This document shows positions 11,111-25,300 of a DNA stretch of 64,000 nucleotides, piece by piece. This DNA comes from Eledone cirrhosa (taxonomy: Eukaryota). The position numbers were made by a program, and so were the translations under genes. The stretch covers positions 12,524,001-12,588,000 of the forward strand of contig OZ024764.1 in NCBI GenBank assembly GCA_964016885.1, read 5' to 3'. How positions within the stretch are numbered: the first letter of the stretch is position 1; the number at the start of each line of letters is the position of its first letter. The notes under the pieces were generated by a model, which worked only from the letters and a program-made list of their open reading frames with translations, did no database searches and had not been told where the DNA came from.

Positions 11111-11434
11111 TATATCTATTTCTCTATCTATCTATCTATCTAAAGAAATCTATCTATCTATCTCTCTATCTATCTATCTCTCTATATATATACATATAAA
11201 GATTTACATATATATATAAAGTCATAGCTATATATGTGTTTTGCAACCGGTCACGTTGTGGCTCAATGAGAAATTAATAAATAAAATAAAATAATCAGAT
11301 AAATTAAATTAAATATTCATAGGAGCCTTTATTCTTATAGCCTGGTCTAATTGATTTTTTATATGGTTAATTATACTAATTGGGAGAGGAAATGGTATAT
11401 ATTATATCTAGTGATTCTAAAGACATATTTTATG

Positions 11435-11543
<109 letters not shown>

Positions 11544-11866
11544 GGGAGAAAGAGACGATTATTAGGAAGAAAAATATATTTTTTTCCTCTTTTATTTATT
11601 TCTCTCTTTTTTTCTGGGTTAGAAAATGATTAAAACGAAATATTTTACTTTGTGTGAAGTGTTGAGGTATTAGTTGATTTATTTATTAATTAAAAATGGC
11701 ATTTATTTATCTATTTATATATTTAATAATTGTCTAGTACCGGTTTCAGCATTTTTATGCATTATCAAATGATAGTGACATGTATTGGTGTAGAATGGTG
11801 GTGTTGGACATGTTAAAGAAATGGTGCAGAAAGAATAATGTTATTTACAAACAAGGTTTATGAAGT

Positions 11867-12013
11867 GAAAAGAAAAAAGAAAAAAGAAAAAAAGAAAAAA
11901 AGAAAAAAAGAAAAAAAGAAAAAAAGAAAAAAAGAAAAAAAGAAAAAAAGAAAAAATGAAAAAAAGAAAAAAAGAAAAAATGAAAAAAGAAAAAAAGAAA
12001 AAAGAAAAAAAAA
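11867..12013 (+). repeat. (GA6-7)n A-rich repeat
   Basis: Direct reading. Confidence 0.95.
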
Positions 12014-12239
12014 GGACCGAAATTTAGAGCATAAAAAGTCAATGTGAAAGAAAAAATAATGTTATTTTCAGGCATAGTTCTTCAGGTTAAGCAGATCAAA
12101 ATGTGTCAATATAGCAAGGGTGCTTAGTTGATCCATGATTCCATGATTGAGGCAAATATATATATATATAATGTATATTATGTATTTATATATATATATA
12201 GAGAGAGAGAGTTATGTAATAAACAGCATAAGGCAATTA

Positions 12240-12297
12240 TTTCATTTACCAGTGGTTTCTTGAAAGCAAACAAATTTTGCTTTCAATCAGAATGAAA
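12240..12297 (-). ncRNA. Decayed hammerhead motif (3-nt core deletion)
   Basis: UUUCAUU-CUGA[---]-UUGAAAGCAAA auuug UUUGCUUUCAA-GAAACC-acu-GGUA-AAUGAAA: perfect 7-bp stem I and 11-bp stem II. Confidence 0.6.
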
Positions 12298-12399
12298 AAT
12301 CCATTGGATTTTAAAAACAAAAATATAATCTATAAGAAAGTGAGGCTGGAAAAAGGAAGGAAAGGAAAAATAAACACACATGCACACACACAATTACAT

Positions 12400-12473
<74 letters not shown>

Positions 12474-12749
12474 CGTAAAATAAAAAAATTATAAAATTAA
12501 CTTATGTTTTCTTCGGAAAATATATTTATTCCATTCCAGAAACTAATTAGTTGGAAGTGATATTTTAGTTAAGTAAGTTAATTTTATAATTTTCTTATTT
12601 TACGTCTCTCATATTATTGTTCTGCAACCCCATGCATTGAACCACAAAGTTACTAAGACAAAACCTATATATTTGCTAGCATTGATATGCATCTGTATGT
12701 ATACATATGTTACTAGATATTAATTCTTTATATATATATATATATATAT

Positions 12750-13106
12750 CACCCGCCAGACAGTCCACGCTGTAATGTGGCCGTGTAGGCAACACGGTAA
12801 AAACCTCCCAGACCCACACTGTAAATGTGGTTGGTGTTAGGAAGGGCATCCAACTGTAGAAAACCCGCCAGACAGTCCTATGCGAGCAAGACAACCACTC
12901 TTGCCTCAAGTGGGAAAACCCCCGTCCAAACCCATGCAAGCGTGGAACACGGACGCTAAACCTGATGATGATGATGATGATGATCATCATCATCATCATC
13001 ATTTCATCATTTCATTTTACGTCCGCTTTTTCCCTGCTTGCAAGGGTGGGACGGGAACTGATTCTGGCTTGATTTCTACAGCTGGATGCCCTTCCTAACA
13101 CCAACC
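12750..13106. mobile_element. Two RTE-derived 3' ends joined tail-to-tail through (GAT)n(CAT)n
   Basis: GGTTGGTGTTAGGAAGGGCATCCA..GTAGAAA (+) and its reverse complement at 13073-13106. Confidence 0.8.
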
Positions 13107-13371
13107 TAACTATATAAACAATGAGTTATATGGTTTGTTGATTATCATTCAACAAAGTTAATTTTATAACAGATTTGAAGCACTCTACAGTATTTATCTG
13201 GAGTATTATTAATGTAAACAATATGGTATTATAAAGATATCGTCCATTTATTAATATTGTTAATATATATTTATATATAGAAAAATGGCGTAGACATTAC
13301 AATACAATAGGAGGGAACATAATAATAGTACCACTGATGATGCCACAGATGTGCAACGAAAGAACAATGAA

Positions 13372-13410
<39 letters not shown>

Positions 13411-13516
13411 CTATATTTTTAACTAGTAATATTATAACAATATGACCCTCCCCAAGTATATATATATATGTATATATATATATGTGCTTGTGTATCAGTG
13501 GGTCTGAGAATGGTAA

Positions 13517-13728
13517 ATGTAGTGGTAGTAGTAGTGTTAGTAGTAGCAGTAGTAGAAGTGGTAGTAGTAGTGGAAGTAGTAGTAGTAGTAGTAGTAGTAG
13601 TGTCAGTAGTAGTGGTGGTAGTGGTAGTAGTAGTAGTTGTAGTAGCAGTAATAGTAGTAGTAGTTGTAGTGGTAGTGGTGGTAGTAGTAGTAGTTGTAGT
13701 AGCAGTAGTGGTGGTGGTAGTGGTTGTG

Positions 13729-13760
<32 letters not shown>

Positions 13761-13821
13761 GGTGGTTCTGGTAGTAGTGGTGGTGGTGGTAGTGGTAGTA
13801 GTAGTGGTAGTGGTGGTTGTG

Positions 13822-13852
<31 letters not shown>

Positions 13853-14013
13853 TGGTGGTAGTAGTAGTAGTTGTAGTTGTAGTAGCAGTAGTGGTGGTAG
13901 TAGTGGTGGTGGTAGTGGTTGTGGTAGTAGTAGTGGTGGTTGTGGTAGTACTAGTTGTAGTGGTGGTGGTAGTGGTGGTAGTAGTAGTAGTAGTTGTAGT
14001 GGTGGTGGTGGTA
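13517..14013 (+). repeat. (GTA/GTG)n trinucleotide tract
   Basis: Direct reading. Confidence 0.95.
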
Positions 14014-14079
14014 GTCCCTGGCAATTAACCTTCTAATCATTATATGATGTGAAGATTCACACAGCAATAATAAAAATAA

Positions 14080-14255
14080 TTGTTTCTACTTTAGGCACAA
14101 GGCCAGCAATTACTCCAGTGTATTACTGGTACTTTATTTTATCGACCCCGTAAGGATGAAAGGCAAAGTTAACCTCGGCGGGATTTGAACTCAGAATGGC
14201 AAGGGCCTTAACTATGCTAGAAAGCATGGTGTCCAACCCTCTACCGTTACTGCCA
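14080..14255 (-). mobile_element. tRNA-derived SINE, near full length
   Basis: Reverse complement of the 29767-29952 family. Confidence 0.85.
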
Positions 14256-15050
14256 CAGCTACACACTGCCATACACAGCTACACACTGCCATACACAGCT
14301 ACACACTGCCATACACAGCCACACACTGCCATACACAGCTACACACTGCCATACACAGCCACACACTGCCATACACAGCTACACACTGCCATACACAGCT
14401 ACACACAGCTACACACTGCCATACACAGCTACACACTGCCATACACAGCCACACACTGCCATACACAGCCACACACTGCCATACACAGCTACACACAGCT
14501 ACACACAGCTACACACTGCCATACACAGCTACACACTGCCATACACAGCTACACACTGCCATACACAGCTACACACTGCCATACACAGCTACACACAGCT
14601 ACACACTGCCATACACAGCTACACACTGCCATACACAGCTACACACTGCCATACACAGCTACACACTGCCATACACAGCTACACACTGCCATACACAGCT
14701 ACACACTGCCATACACAGCTACACACTGCCATACACAGCCACACACTGCCATACACAGCTACACACTGCCATACACAGCTACACACAGCTACACACTGCC
14801 ATACACAGCCACACACTGCCATACACAGCTACACACAGCTACACACTGCCATACACAGCTACACACTGCCATACACAGCCATACACAGCTACACACTGCC
14901 ATACACAGCTACACACTGCCATACACAGCTACACACTGCCATACACAGCTACACACAGCCATACACAGCTACACACTGCCATACACAGCTACACACTGCC
15001 ACCCACAGCTACACACACTGCCACCCAGAGCTACACACTGCCACACACAG
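14255..15050 (+). repeat. 20-bp (2x10) minisatellite ACACACTGCC-ATACACAGCT
   Basis: Direct reading. Confidence 0.95.
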
Positions 15051-16360
15051 TCACACACATACAGCCATACACACAGCTATATAAACACAGTCATACACAC
15101 ACATACAGTCACACACACACACACAGCCACACACATACAGCCATATAAACGCAGTCACACACACAACCATATAAACGCAGTCACACACACACAGCCATAT
15201 AAACGCAGTCACACACACACAGCCATATAAACGCAGTCACACACACACAGCCATATAAACGCAGTCATACACACACAGCGACCCACATATAGCCATACAC
15301 ACACAGACGCTCACAAACAGCTATACACACACAAACAGTTATACACACACAGACACACACAAACAGCTATACACACACACACACAAACAGATATACACAC
15401 ACAGGCACACACACACACAAACAGATATACACACACAGGCACACACAGACACATACACACACACACAGCCATGCAGCCATTCACAGCTACATGCCCAGGC
15501 AAACACCCTCCCCCTCACCCACACGGCCCCACCCACACAGCCCCACCCCACAGTCTAGTCAAGTTGCATCAGATCAGACAGATATATCACAAGGTCAAAC
15601 TCCTAGCTCACCTCTCTCACCATGACCACCACCTACACCACACCATAGCCATGCCAACTACCATCACACCACCACTACACCACCACCACCACCACCACCA
15701 CACCATTGTCATGCTAAGCTCCACCACGCCATGGCCATGCCAACTACCTCCACCACAACATGACCATCCCCACTCTCAGACAATCCACACCACCACCACC
15801 ACCAACACCACACCATGACCACCACCAACACCACATCATACCATTACCACCACCACTGACCACCACCAACACCACATCATACCATTACCGCCACCACACC
15901 ACCGCTGACACCCCCCACCATCGCCACACCACCACTTACACGCCCCCTCCTACACACCACCACCACCACACCACTGTCATGCTAACCACCACCACCACGA
16001 CATCACCACCACCAACACCACCACACCATGACCACCAACAACACCGCATCATACCATTACCCCCCCCCCCCCACCCTTACACCCCACCACCACCACATCA
16101 CCACTTACACGCCCCCCACACACCACCACGACCACACCACTGTCATGCTAACCACCACCACCACCACCACGACATCACCACCACCAACACCACCACACCA
16201 TGACCACCAACAACACCACATCATACCATTACCACCACCACCACCACACCACACCACACCAAGGCCATGTCTGACATTGTCCACCAGTTCTGGACATTGT
16301 CCGAAAGTCTAGCTTTTTTTCTTTCAAAGGGACACCAGTAATTACATTTTCAGCATCAGC

Positions 16361-19300
16361 TCCACCCCTCCACACCCACTGTACACTACACCGCACCCCT
16401 ACTACAACTACACTACAACACTGCCTCCACCCCTCCACACCCACTGTACACTACACCGCACCACTACTACAACTACACTACAACCACAACCACTACAACA
16501 CTGCCTCCACCCCTCCACACCCACTGTACACTACACCGCACCCCTACTACAACTACACTACAACCACTACTACTAGAACCACAACCACCACCACTACAAC
16601 ACTGCCTCCACCCCTCCACACCCACTGTACACTACACCTCACCCCTACTACAACTACACTACAACCACAACCACTACAACACTGCCTCCACCCCTCCACA
16701 CCCACTGTACACTACACCGCACCCCTACTACAACTATACTACAACCACAACCACCACCACTACACTACAACACTGCCTCCACCCCTTCACACCCACTGTA
16801 CACTACACCGCACCCCTACTACAACTATACTACAACCACAACCACCACCACTACACTACAACACTGCCTCCACCCCTCCACACCCACTGTACACTACACC
16901 GCACCCCTACTACAACTACACTACAACCACAACCACTACAACACTGCCTCCACCCCTCCACACCCACTGTACACTACACCGCACCCCTACTACAACTACA
17001 CTACAACCACAACCACCACCACTACACTACAACACTGCCTCCACCCCTCCACACCCACTGTACACTACACCGCACCCCTACTACAACTACACTACAACCA
17101 CAACCACTACAACACTGCCTCCACCCCTCCACACCCACTGTACACTACACCGCACCCCTACTACAACTACACTACAACCACTACTACTAGAACCACAACC
17201 ACCACCACTACAACACTGCCTCCACCTCTCCACACCCACTCTACACTACACCGCACCCCTACTACAACTACACTACAACCACTACTACTAGAACCACAAC
17301 CACCACCACTACAACACTGCCTCCACCCCTCCACACCCACTCTACACTACACCGCACCCCTACTACAACTACACTACAACCACAACCACTACAACACTGC
17401 CTCCACACCTCCACACCCACTGTACACTACACCGCACCCCTACTACAACTACACTACAACCACCACCACTACAACACTGCCTCCACCCCTCCACACCCAC
17501 TGTACACTACACCGCACCCCTACTACAACTACACTACAACCACTACTACTAGAACCACAACCACCACCACTACAACACTGCCTCCACCCCTCCACACCCA
17601 CTCTACACTACACTGCACCCCTACTACAACTACACTACAACCACTACTACTAGAACCACAACCACCACCACTACAACACTGCCTCCACCCCTCCACACCC
17701 ACTCTACACTACACTGCACCCCTACTACAACTACACTACAACCACTACTACTAGAACCACAACCACCACCACTACAACACTGCCTCCACCCCTCCACACC
17801 CACTGTACACTACACCGCACCCCTACTACAACTACACTACAACCACTACTACTAGAACCACAACCACCACCACTACAACACTGCCTCCACCCCTCCACAC
17901 CCACTCTACACTACACTGCACCCCTACTACAACTACACTACAACCACTACTACTAGAACCACAACCACCACCACTACAACACTGCCTCCACCCCTCCACA
18001 CCCACTCTACACTACACCGCACCCCTACTACAACTACACTACAACCACTACTACTAGAACCACAACCACCACCACTACAACACTGCCTCCACCCCTCCAC
18101 ACCCACTGTACACTACACCGCACCCCTACTACAACTACACTACAACCACTACTACTAGAACCACAACCACCACCACTACAACACTGCCTCCACCCCTCCA
18201 CACCCACTGTACACTACACTGCACCCCTACTACAACTACACTACAACCACTACTACTAGAACCACAACCACCACCACTACAACACTGCCTCCACCCCTCC
18301 ACACCCACTCTACACTACACCGCACCCCTACTACAACTACACTACAACCACTACTACTAGAACCACAACCACCACCACTACAACACTGCCTCCACCCCTC
18401 CACACCCACTGTACACTACACCGCACCCCTACTACAACTACACTACAACCACTACTACTAGAACCACAACCACCACCACTACAACACTGCCTCCACCCCT
18501 CCACACCCACTGTACACTACACCGCACCCCTACTACAACTACACTACAACCACTACTACTAGAACCACAACCACCACCACTACAACACTGCCTCCACCCC
18601 TCCACACCCACTGTACACTACACTGCACCCCTACTACAACTACACTACAACCACTACTACTAGAACCACAACCACCACCACTACAACACTGCCTCCACCC
18701 CTCCACACCCACTGTACACTACACCGCACCCCTACTACAACTACACTACAACCACTACTACTAGAACCACAACCACCACCACTACAACACTGCCTCCACC
18801 TCTCCACACCCACTGTACACTACACCGCACCCCTACTACAACTACACTACAACCACTACTACTAGAACCACAACCACCACCACTACAACACTGCCTCCAC
18901 CCCTCCACACCCACTCTACACTACACCGCACCCCTACTACAACTACACTACAACCACTACTACTAGAACCACAACCACCACCACTACAACACTGCCTCCA
19001 CCCCTCCACACCCACTCTACACTACACCGCACCCCTACTACAACTACACTACAACCACTACTACTAGAACCACAACCACCACCACTACAACACTGCCTCC
19101 ACCCCTCCACACCCACTGTACACTACACCGCACCCCTACTACAACTACACTACAACCACTACTACTAGAACCACAACCACCACCACTACAACACTGCCTC
19201 CACCTCTCCACACCCACTGTACACTACACCGCACCCCTACTACACTACAACCACTACTACTAGAACCACAACCACCACCACTACAACACTGCCTCCACCC

Positions 19301-22300
19301 CTCCACACCCACTCTACACTACACCGCACCCCTACTACAACTACACTACAACCACTACTACTAGAACCACAACCACCACCACTACAACACTGCCTCCACC
19401 CCTCCACACCCACTCTACACTACACCGCACCCCTACTACAACTACACTACAACCACTACTACTAGAACCACAACCACCACCACTACAACACTGCCTCCAC
19501 CCCTCCACACCCACTCTACACTACACCGCACCCCTACTACAACTACACTACAACCACTACTACTAGAACCACAACCACCACCACTACAACACTGCCTCCA
19601 CCCCTCCACACCCACTCTACACTACACCGCACCCCTACTACAACTACACTACAACCACCACCACTACAACACTGCCTCCACACCTCCACACCCACTGTAC
19701 ACTACACCGCACCCCTACTACAACTACACTACAACCACCACCACTACAACACTGCCTCCACACCTCCACACCCACTCTACACTACACCGCACCCCTACTA
19801 CAACTACACTACAACCACCACCACTACAACACTGCCTCCACCCCTCCACACCCACTCTACACTACACCGCACCCCTACTACAACTACACTACAACCACCA
19901 CCACTACAACACTGCCTCCACCCCTCCACACCCACTCTACACTACACCGCACCCCTACTACAACTACACTACAACCACCACCACTACAACACTGCCTCCA
20001 CACCTCCACACCCACTCTACACTACACCGCACCCCTACTACAACTACACTACAACCACCACCACTACAACACTGCCTCCACACCTCCACACCCACTCTAC
20101 ACTACACCGCACCCCTACTACAACTACACTACAACCACCACCACTACAACACTGCCTCCACACCTCCACACCCACTCTACACTACACCGCACCCCTACTA
20201 CAACTACACTACAACCACCACCACTACAACACTGCCTCCACCCCTCCACACCCACTCTACACTACACCGCACCCCTACTACAACTACACTACAACCACCA
20301 CCACTACAACACTGCCTCCACACCTCCACACCCACTGTACACTACACCGCACCCCTACTACAACTACACTACAACCACCACCACTACAACACTGCCTCCA
20401 CACCTCCACACCCACTCTACACTACACCGCACCCCTACTACAACTACACTACAACCACCACCACTACAACACTGCCTCCACCCCTCCACACCCACTCTAC
20501 ACTACACCGCACCCCTACTACAACTACACTACAACCACCACCACTACAACACTGCCTCCACCCCTCCACACCCACTCTACACTACACCGCACCCCTACTA
20601 CAACTACACTACAACCACCACCACTACAACACTGCCTCCACACCTCCACACCCACTCTACACTACACCGCACCCCTACTACAACTACACTACAACCACCA
20701 CCACTACAACACTGCCTCCACACCTCCACACCCACTCTACACTACACCGCACCCCTACTACAACTACACTACAACCACCACCACTACAACACTGCCTCCA
20801 CACCTCCACACCCACTCTACACTACACCGCACCCCTACTACAACTACACTACAACCACCACCACTACAACACTGCCTCCACACCTCCACACCCACTCTAC
20901 ACTACACCGCACCCCTACTACAACTACACTACAACCACCACCACTACAACACTGCCTCCACACCTCCACACCCACTCTACACTACACCGCACCCCTACTA
21001 CAACTACACTACAACCACCACCACTACAACACTGCCTCCACACCTCCACACCCACTCTACACTACACCGCACCCCTACTACAACTACACTACAACCACCA
21101 CCACTACAACACTGCCTCCACACCTCCACACCCACTCTACACTACACCGCACCCCTACTACAACTACACTACAACCACCACCACTACAACACTGCCTCCA
21201 CACCTCCACACCCACTCTACACTACACCGCACCCCTACTACAACTACACTACAACCACCACCACTACAACACTGCCTCCACACCTCCACACCCACTCTAC
21301 ACTACACCGCACCCCTACTACAACTACACTACAACCACCACCACTACAACACTGCCTCCACACCTCCACACCCACTCTACACTACACCGCACCCCTACTA
21401 CAACTACACTACAACCACCACCACTACAACACTGCCTCCACACCTCCACACCCACTCTACACTACACCGCACCCCTACTACAACTACACTACAACCACCA
21501 CCACTACAACACTGCCTCCACACCTCCACACCCACTCTACACTACACCGCACCCCTACTACAACTACACTACAACCACCACCACTACAACACTGCCTCCA
21601 CACCTCCACACCCACTCTACACTACACCGCACCCCTACTACAACTACACTACAACCACCACCACTACAACACTGCCTCCACACCTCCACACCCACTCTAC
21701 ACTACACCGCACCCCTACTACAACTACACTACAACCACCACCACTACAACACTGCCTCCACACCTCCACACCCACTCTACACTACACCGCACCCCTACTA
21801 CAACTACACTACAACCACCACCACTACAACACTGCCTCCACACCTCCACACCCACTCTACACTACACCGCACCCCTACTACAACTACACTACAACCACCA
21901 CCACTACAACACTGCCTCCACACCTCCACACCCACTCTACACTACACCGCACCCCTACTACAACTACACTACAACCACCACCACTACAACACTGCCTCCA
22001 CACCTCCACACCCACTCTACACTACACCGCACCCCTACTACAACTACACTACAACCACCACCACTACAACACTGCCTCCACACCTCCACACCCACTCTAC
22101 ACTACACCGCACCCCTACTACAACTACACTACAACCACCACCACTACAACACTGCCTCCACACCTCCACACCCACTCTACACTACACCGCACCCCTACTA
22201 CAACTACACTACAACCACCACCACTACAACACTGCCTCCACCCCTCCACACCCACTCTACACTACACCGCACCCCTACTACAACTACACTACAACCACTA

Positions 22301-25300
22301 CTACTAGAACCACAACCACCACCACTACAACACTGCCTCCACCCCTCCACACCCACTCTACACTACACCGCACCCCTACTACAACTACACTACAACCACT
22401 ACTACTAGAACCACAACCACCACCACTACAACACTGCCTCCACCCCTCCACACCCACTGTACACTACACCGCACCCCTACTACAACTACACTACAACCAC
22501 CACCACTACAACACTGCCTCCACCCCTCCACACCCACTCTACACTACACCGCACCCCTACTACAACTACACTACAACCACTACTACTAGAACCACAACCA
22601 CCACCACTACAACACTGCCTCCACCCCTCCACACCCACTGTACACTACACCGCACCCCTACTACAACTACACTACAACCACTACTACTAGAACCACAACC
22701 ACCACCACTACAACACTGCCTCCACCCCTCCACACCCACTCTACACTACACCGCACCCCTACTACAACTACACTACAACCACTACTACTAGAACCACAAC
22801 CACCACCACTACAACACTGCCTCCACCCCTCCACACCCACTCTACACTACACTGCACCCCTACTACAACTACACTACAACCACTACTACTAGAACCACAA
22901 CCACCACCACTACAACACTGCCTCCACCCCTCCACACCCACTCTACACTACACCGCACCCCTACTACAACTACACTACAACCACTACTACTAGAACCACA
23001 ACCACCACCACTACAACACTGCCTCCACCCCTCCACACCCACTCTACACTACACTGCACCCCTACTACAACTACACTACAACCACTACTACTAGAACCAC
23101 AACCACAACCACTACAACACTGCCTCCACCCCTCCACACCCACTGTACACTACACCGCACCCCTACTACAACTACACTACAACCACTACTACTAGAACCA
23201 CAACCACAACCACTACAACACTGCCTCCACCCCTCCACACCCACTGTACACTACACCGCACCCCTACTACAACTACACTACAACCACTACTACTAGAACC
23301 ACAACCACCACCACTACAACACTGCCTCCACCCCTCCACACCCACTCTACACTACACCGCACCCCTACTACAACTACACTACAACCACTACTACTAGAAC
23401 CACAACCACCACCACTACAACACTGCCTCCACCCCTCCACACCCACTCTACACTACACTGCACCCCTACTACAACTACACTACAACCACTACTACTAGAA
23501 CCACAACCACAACCACTACAACACTGCCTCCACCCCTCCACACCCACTGTACACTACACCGCACCCCTACTACAACTACACTACAACCACTACTACTAGA
23601 ACCACAACCACAACCACTACAACACTGCCTCCACCCCTCCACACCCACTGTACACTACACCGCACCCCTACTACAACTACACTACAACCACTACTACTAG
23701 AACCACAACCACCACCACTACAACACTGCCTCCACCCCTCCACACCCACTGTACACTACACTGCACCCCTACTACAACTACACTACAACCACTACTACTA
23801 GAACCACAACCACCACCACTACAACACTGCCTCCACCCCTCCACACCCACTCTACACTACACCTCACCCCTACTACAACTACACTACAACCACAACCACT
23901 ACAACACTGCCTCCACCCCTCCACACCCACTCTACACTACACCGCACCCCTACTACAACTACACTACAACCACTACTACTAGAACCACAACCACCACCAC
24001 TACAACACTGCCTCCACCCCTCCACACCCACTCTACACTACACCGCACCCCTACTACAACTACACTACAACCACTACTACTAGAACCACAACCACAACCA
24101 CTACAACACTGCCTCCACCCCTCCACACCCACTCTACACTACACCGCACCCCTACTACAACTACACTACAACCACTACTACTAGAACCACAACCACAACC
24201 ACTACAACACTGCCTCCACCCCTCCACACCCACTCTACACTACACCGCACCCCTACTACAACTACACTACAACCACTACTACTAGAACCACAACCACCAC
24301 CACTACAACACTGCCTCCACACCTCCACACCCACTCTACACTACACCGCACCCCTACTACAACTACACTACAACCACAACCACTACAACACTGCCTCCAC
24401 CCCTCCACACCCACTCTACACTACACCGCACCCCTACTACAACTACACTACAACCACTACTACTAGAACCACAACCACAACCACTACAACACTGCCTCCA
24501 CCCCTCCACACCCACTCTACACTACACCGCACCCCTACTACAACTACACTACAACCACTACTACTAGAACCACAACCACAACCACTACAACACTGCCTCC
24601 ACCCCTCCACACCCACTCTACACTACACCGCACCCCTACTACAACTACACTACAACCACTACTACTAGAACCACAACCACCACCACTACAACACTGCCTC
24701 CACCCCTCCACACCCACTGTACACTACACCGCACCCCTACTACAACTACACTACAACCACTACTACTAGAACCACAACCACCACCACTACAACACTGCCT
24801 CCACACCTCCACACCCACTGTACACTACACTGCACCCCTACTACAACTACACTACAACCACTACTACTAGAACCACAACCACCACCACTACAACACTGCC
24901 TCCACACCTCCACACCCACTGTACACTACACCGCACCCCTACTACAACTACACTACAACCACCACCACTACAACACTGCCTCCACCCCTCCACACCCACT
25001 GTACACTACACCGCACCCCTACTACAACTACACTACAACCACTACTACTAGAACCACAACCACCACCACTACAACACTGCCTCCACCCCTCCACACCCAC
25101 TCTACACTACACTGCACCCCTACTACAACCACTACTACTAGAACCACAACCACCACCACTACAACACTGCCTCCACACCTCCACACCCACTGTACACTAC
25201 ACCGCACCCCTACTACAACTACACTACAACCACCACCACTACAACACTGCCTCCACCCCTCCACACCCACTGTACACTACACCGCACCCCTACTACAACT

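Noticed and set aside
12055-12095. Minus-strand CTGAAGA..GAAA
   Set aside because: No stem I or stem II pairing
13330-13375. CTGATGA...CGAAA hammerhead-like core (also at ~62085)
   Set aside because: No stem III, stem I or NUH triplet could be formed; the second copy lacks GAAA
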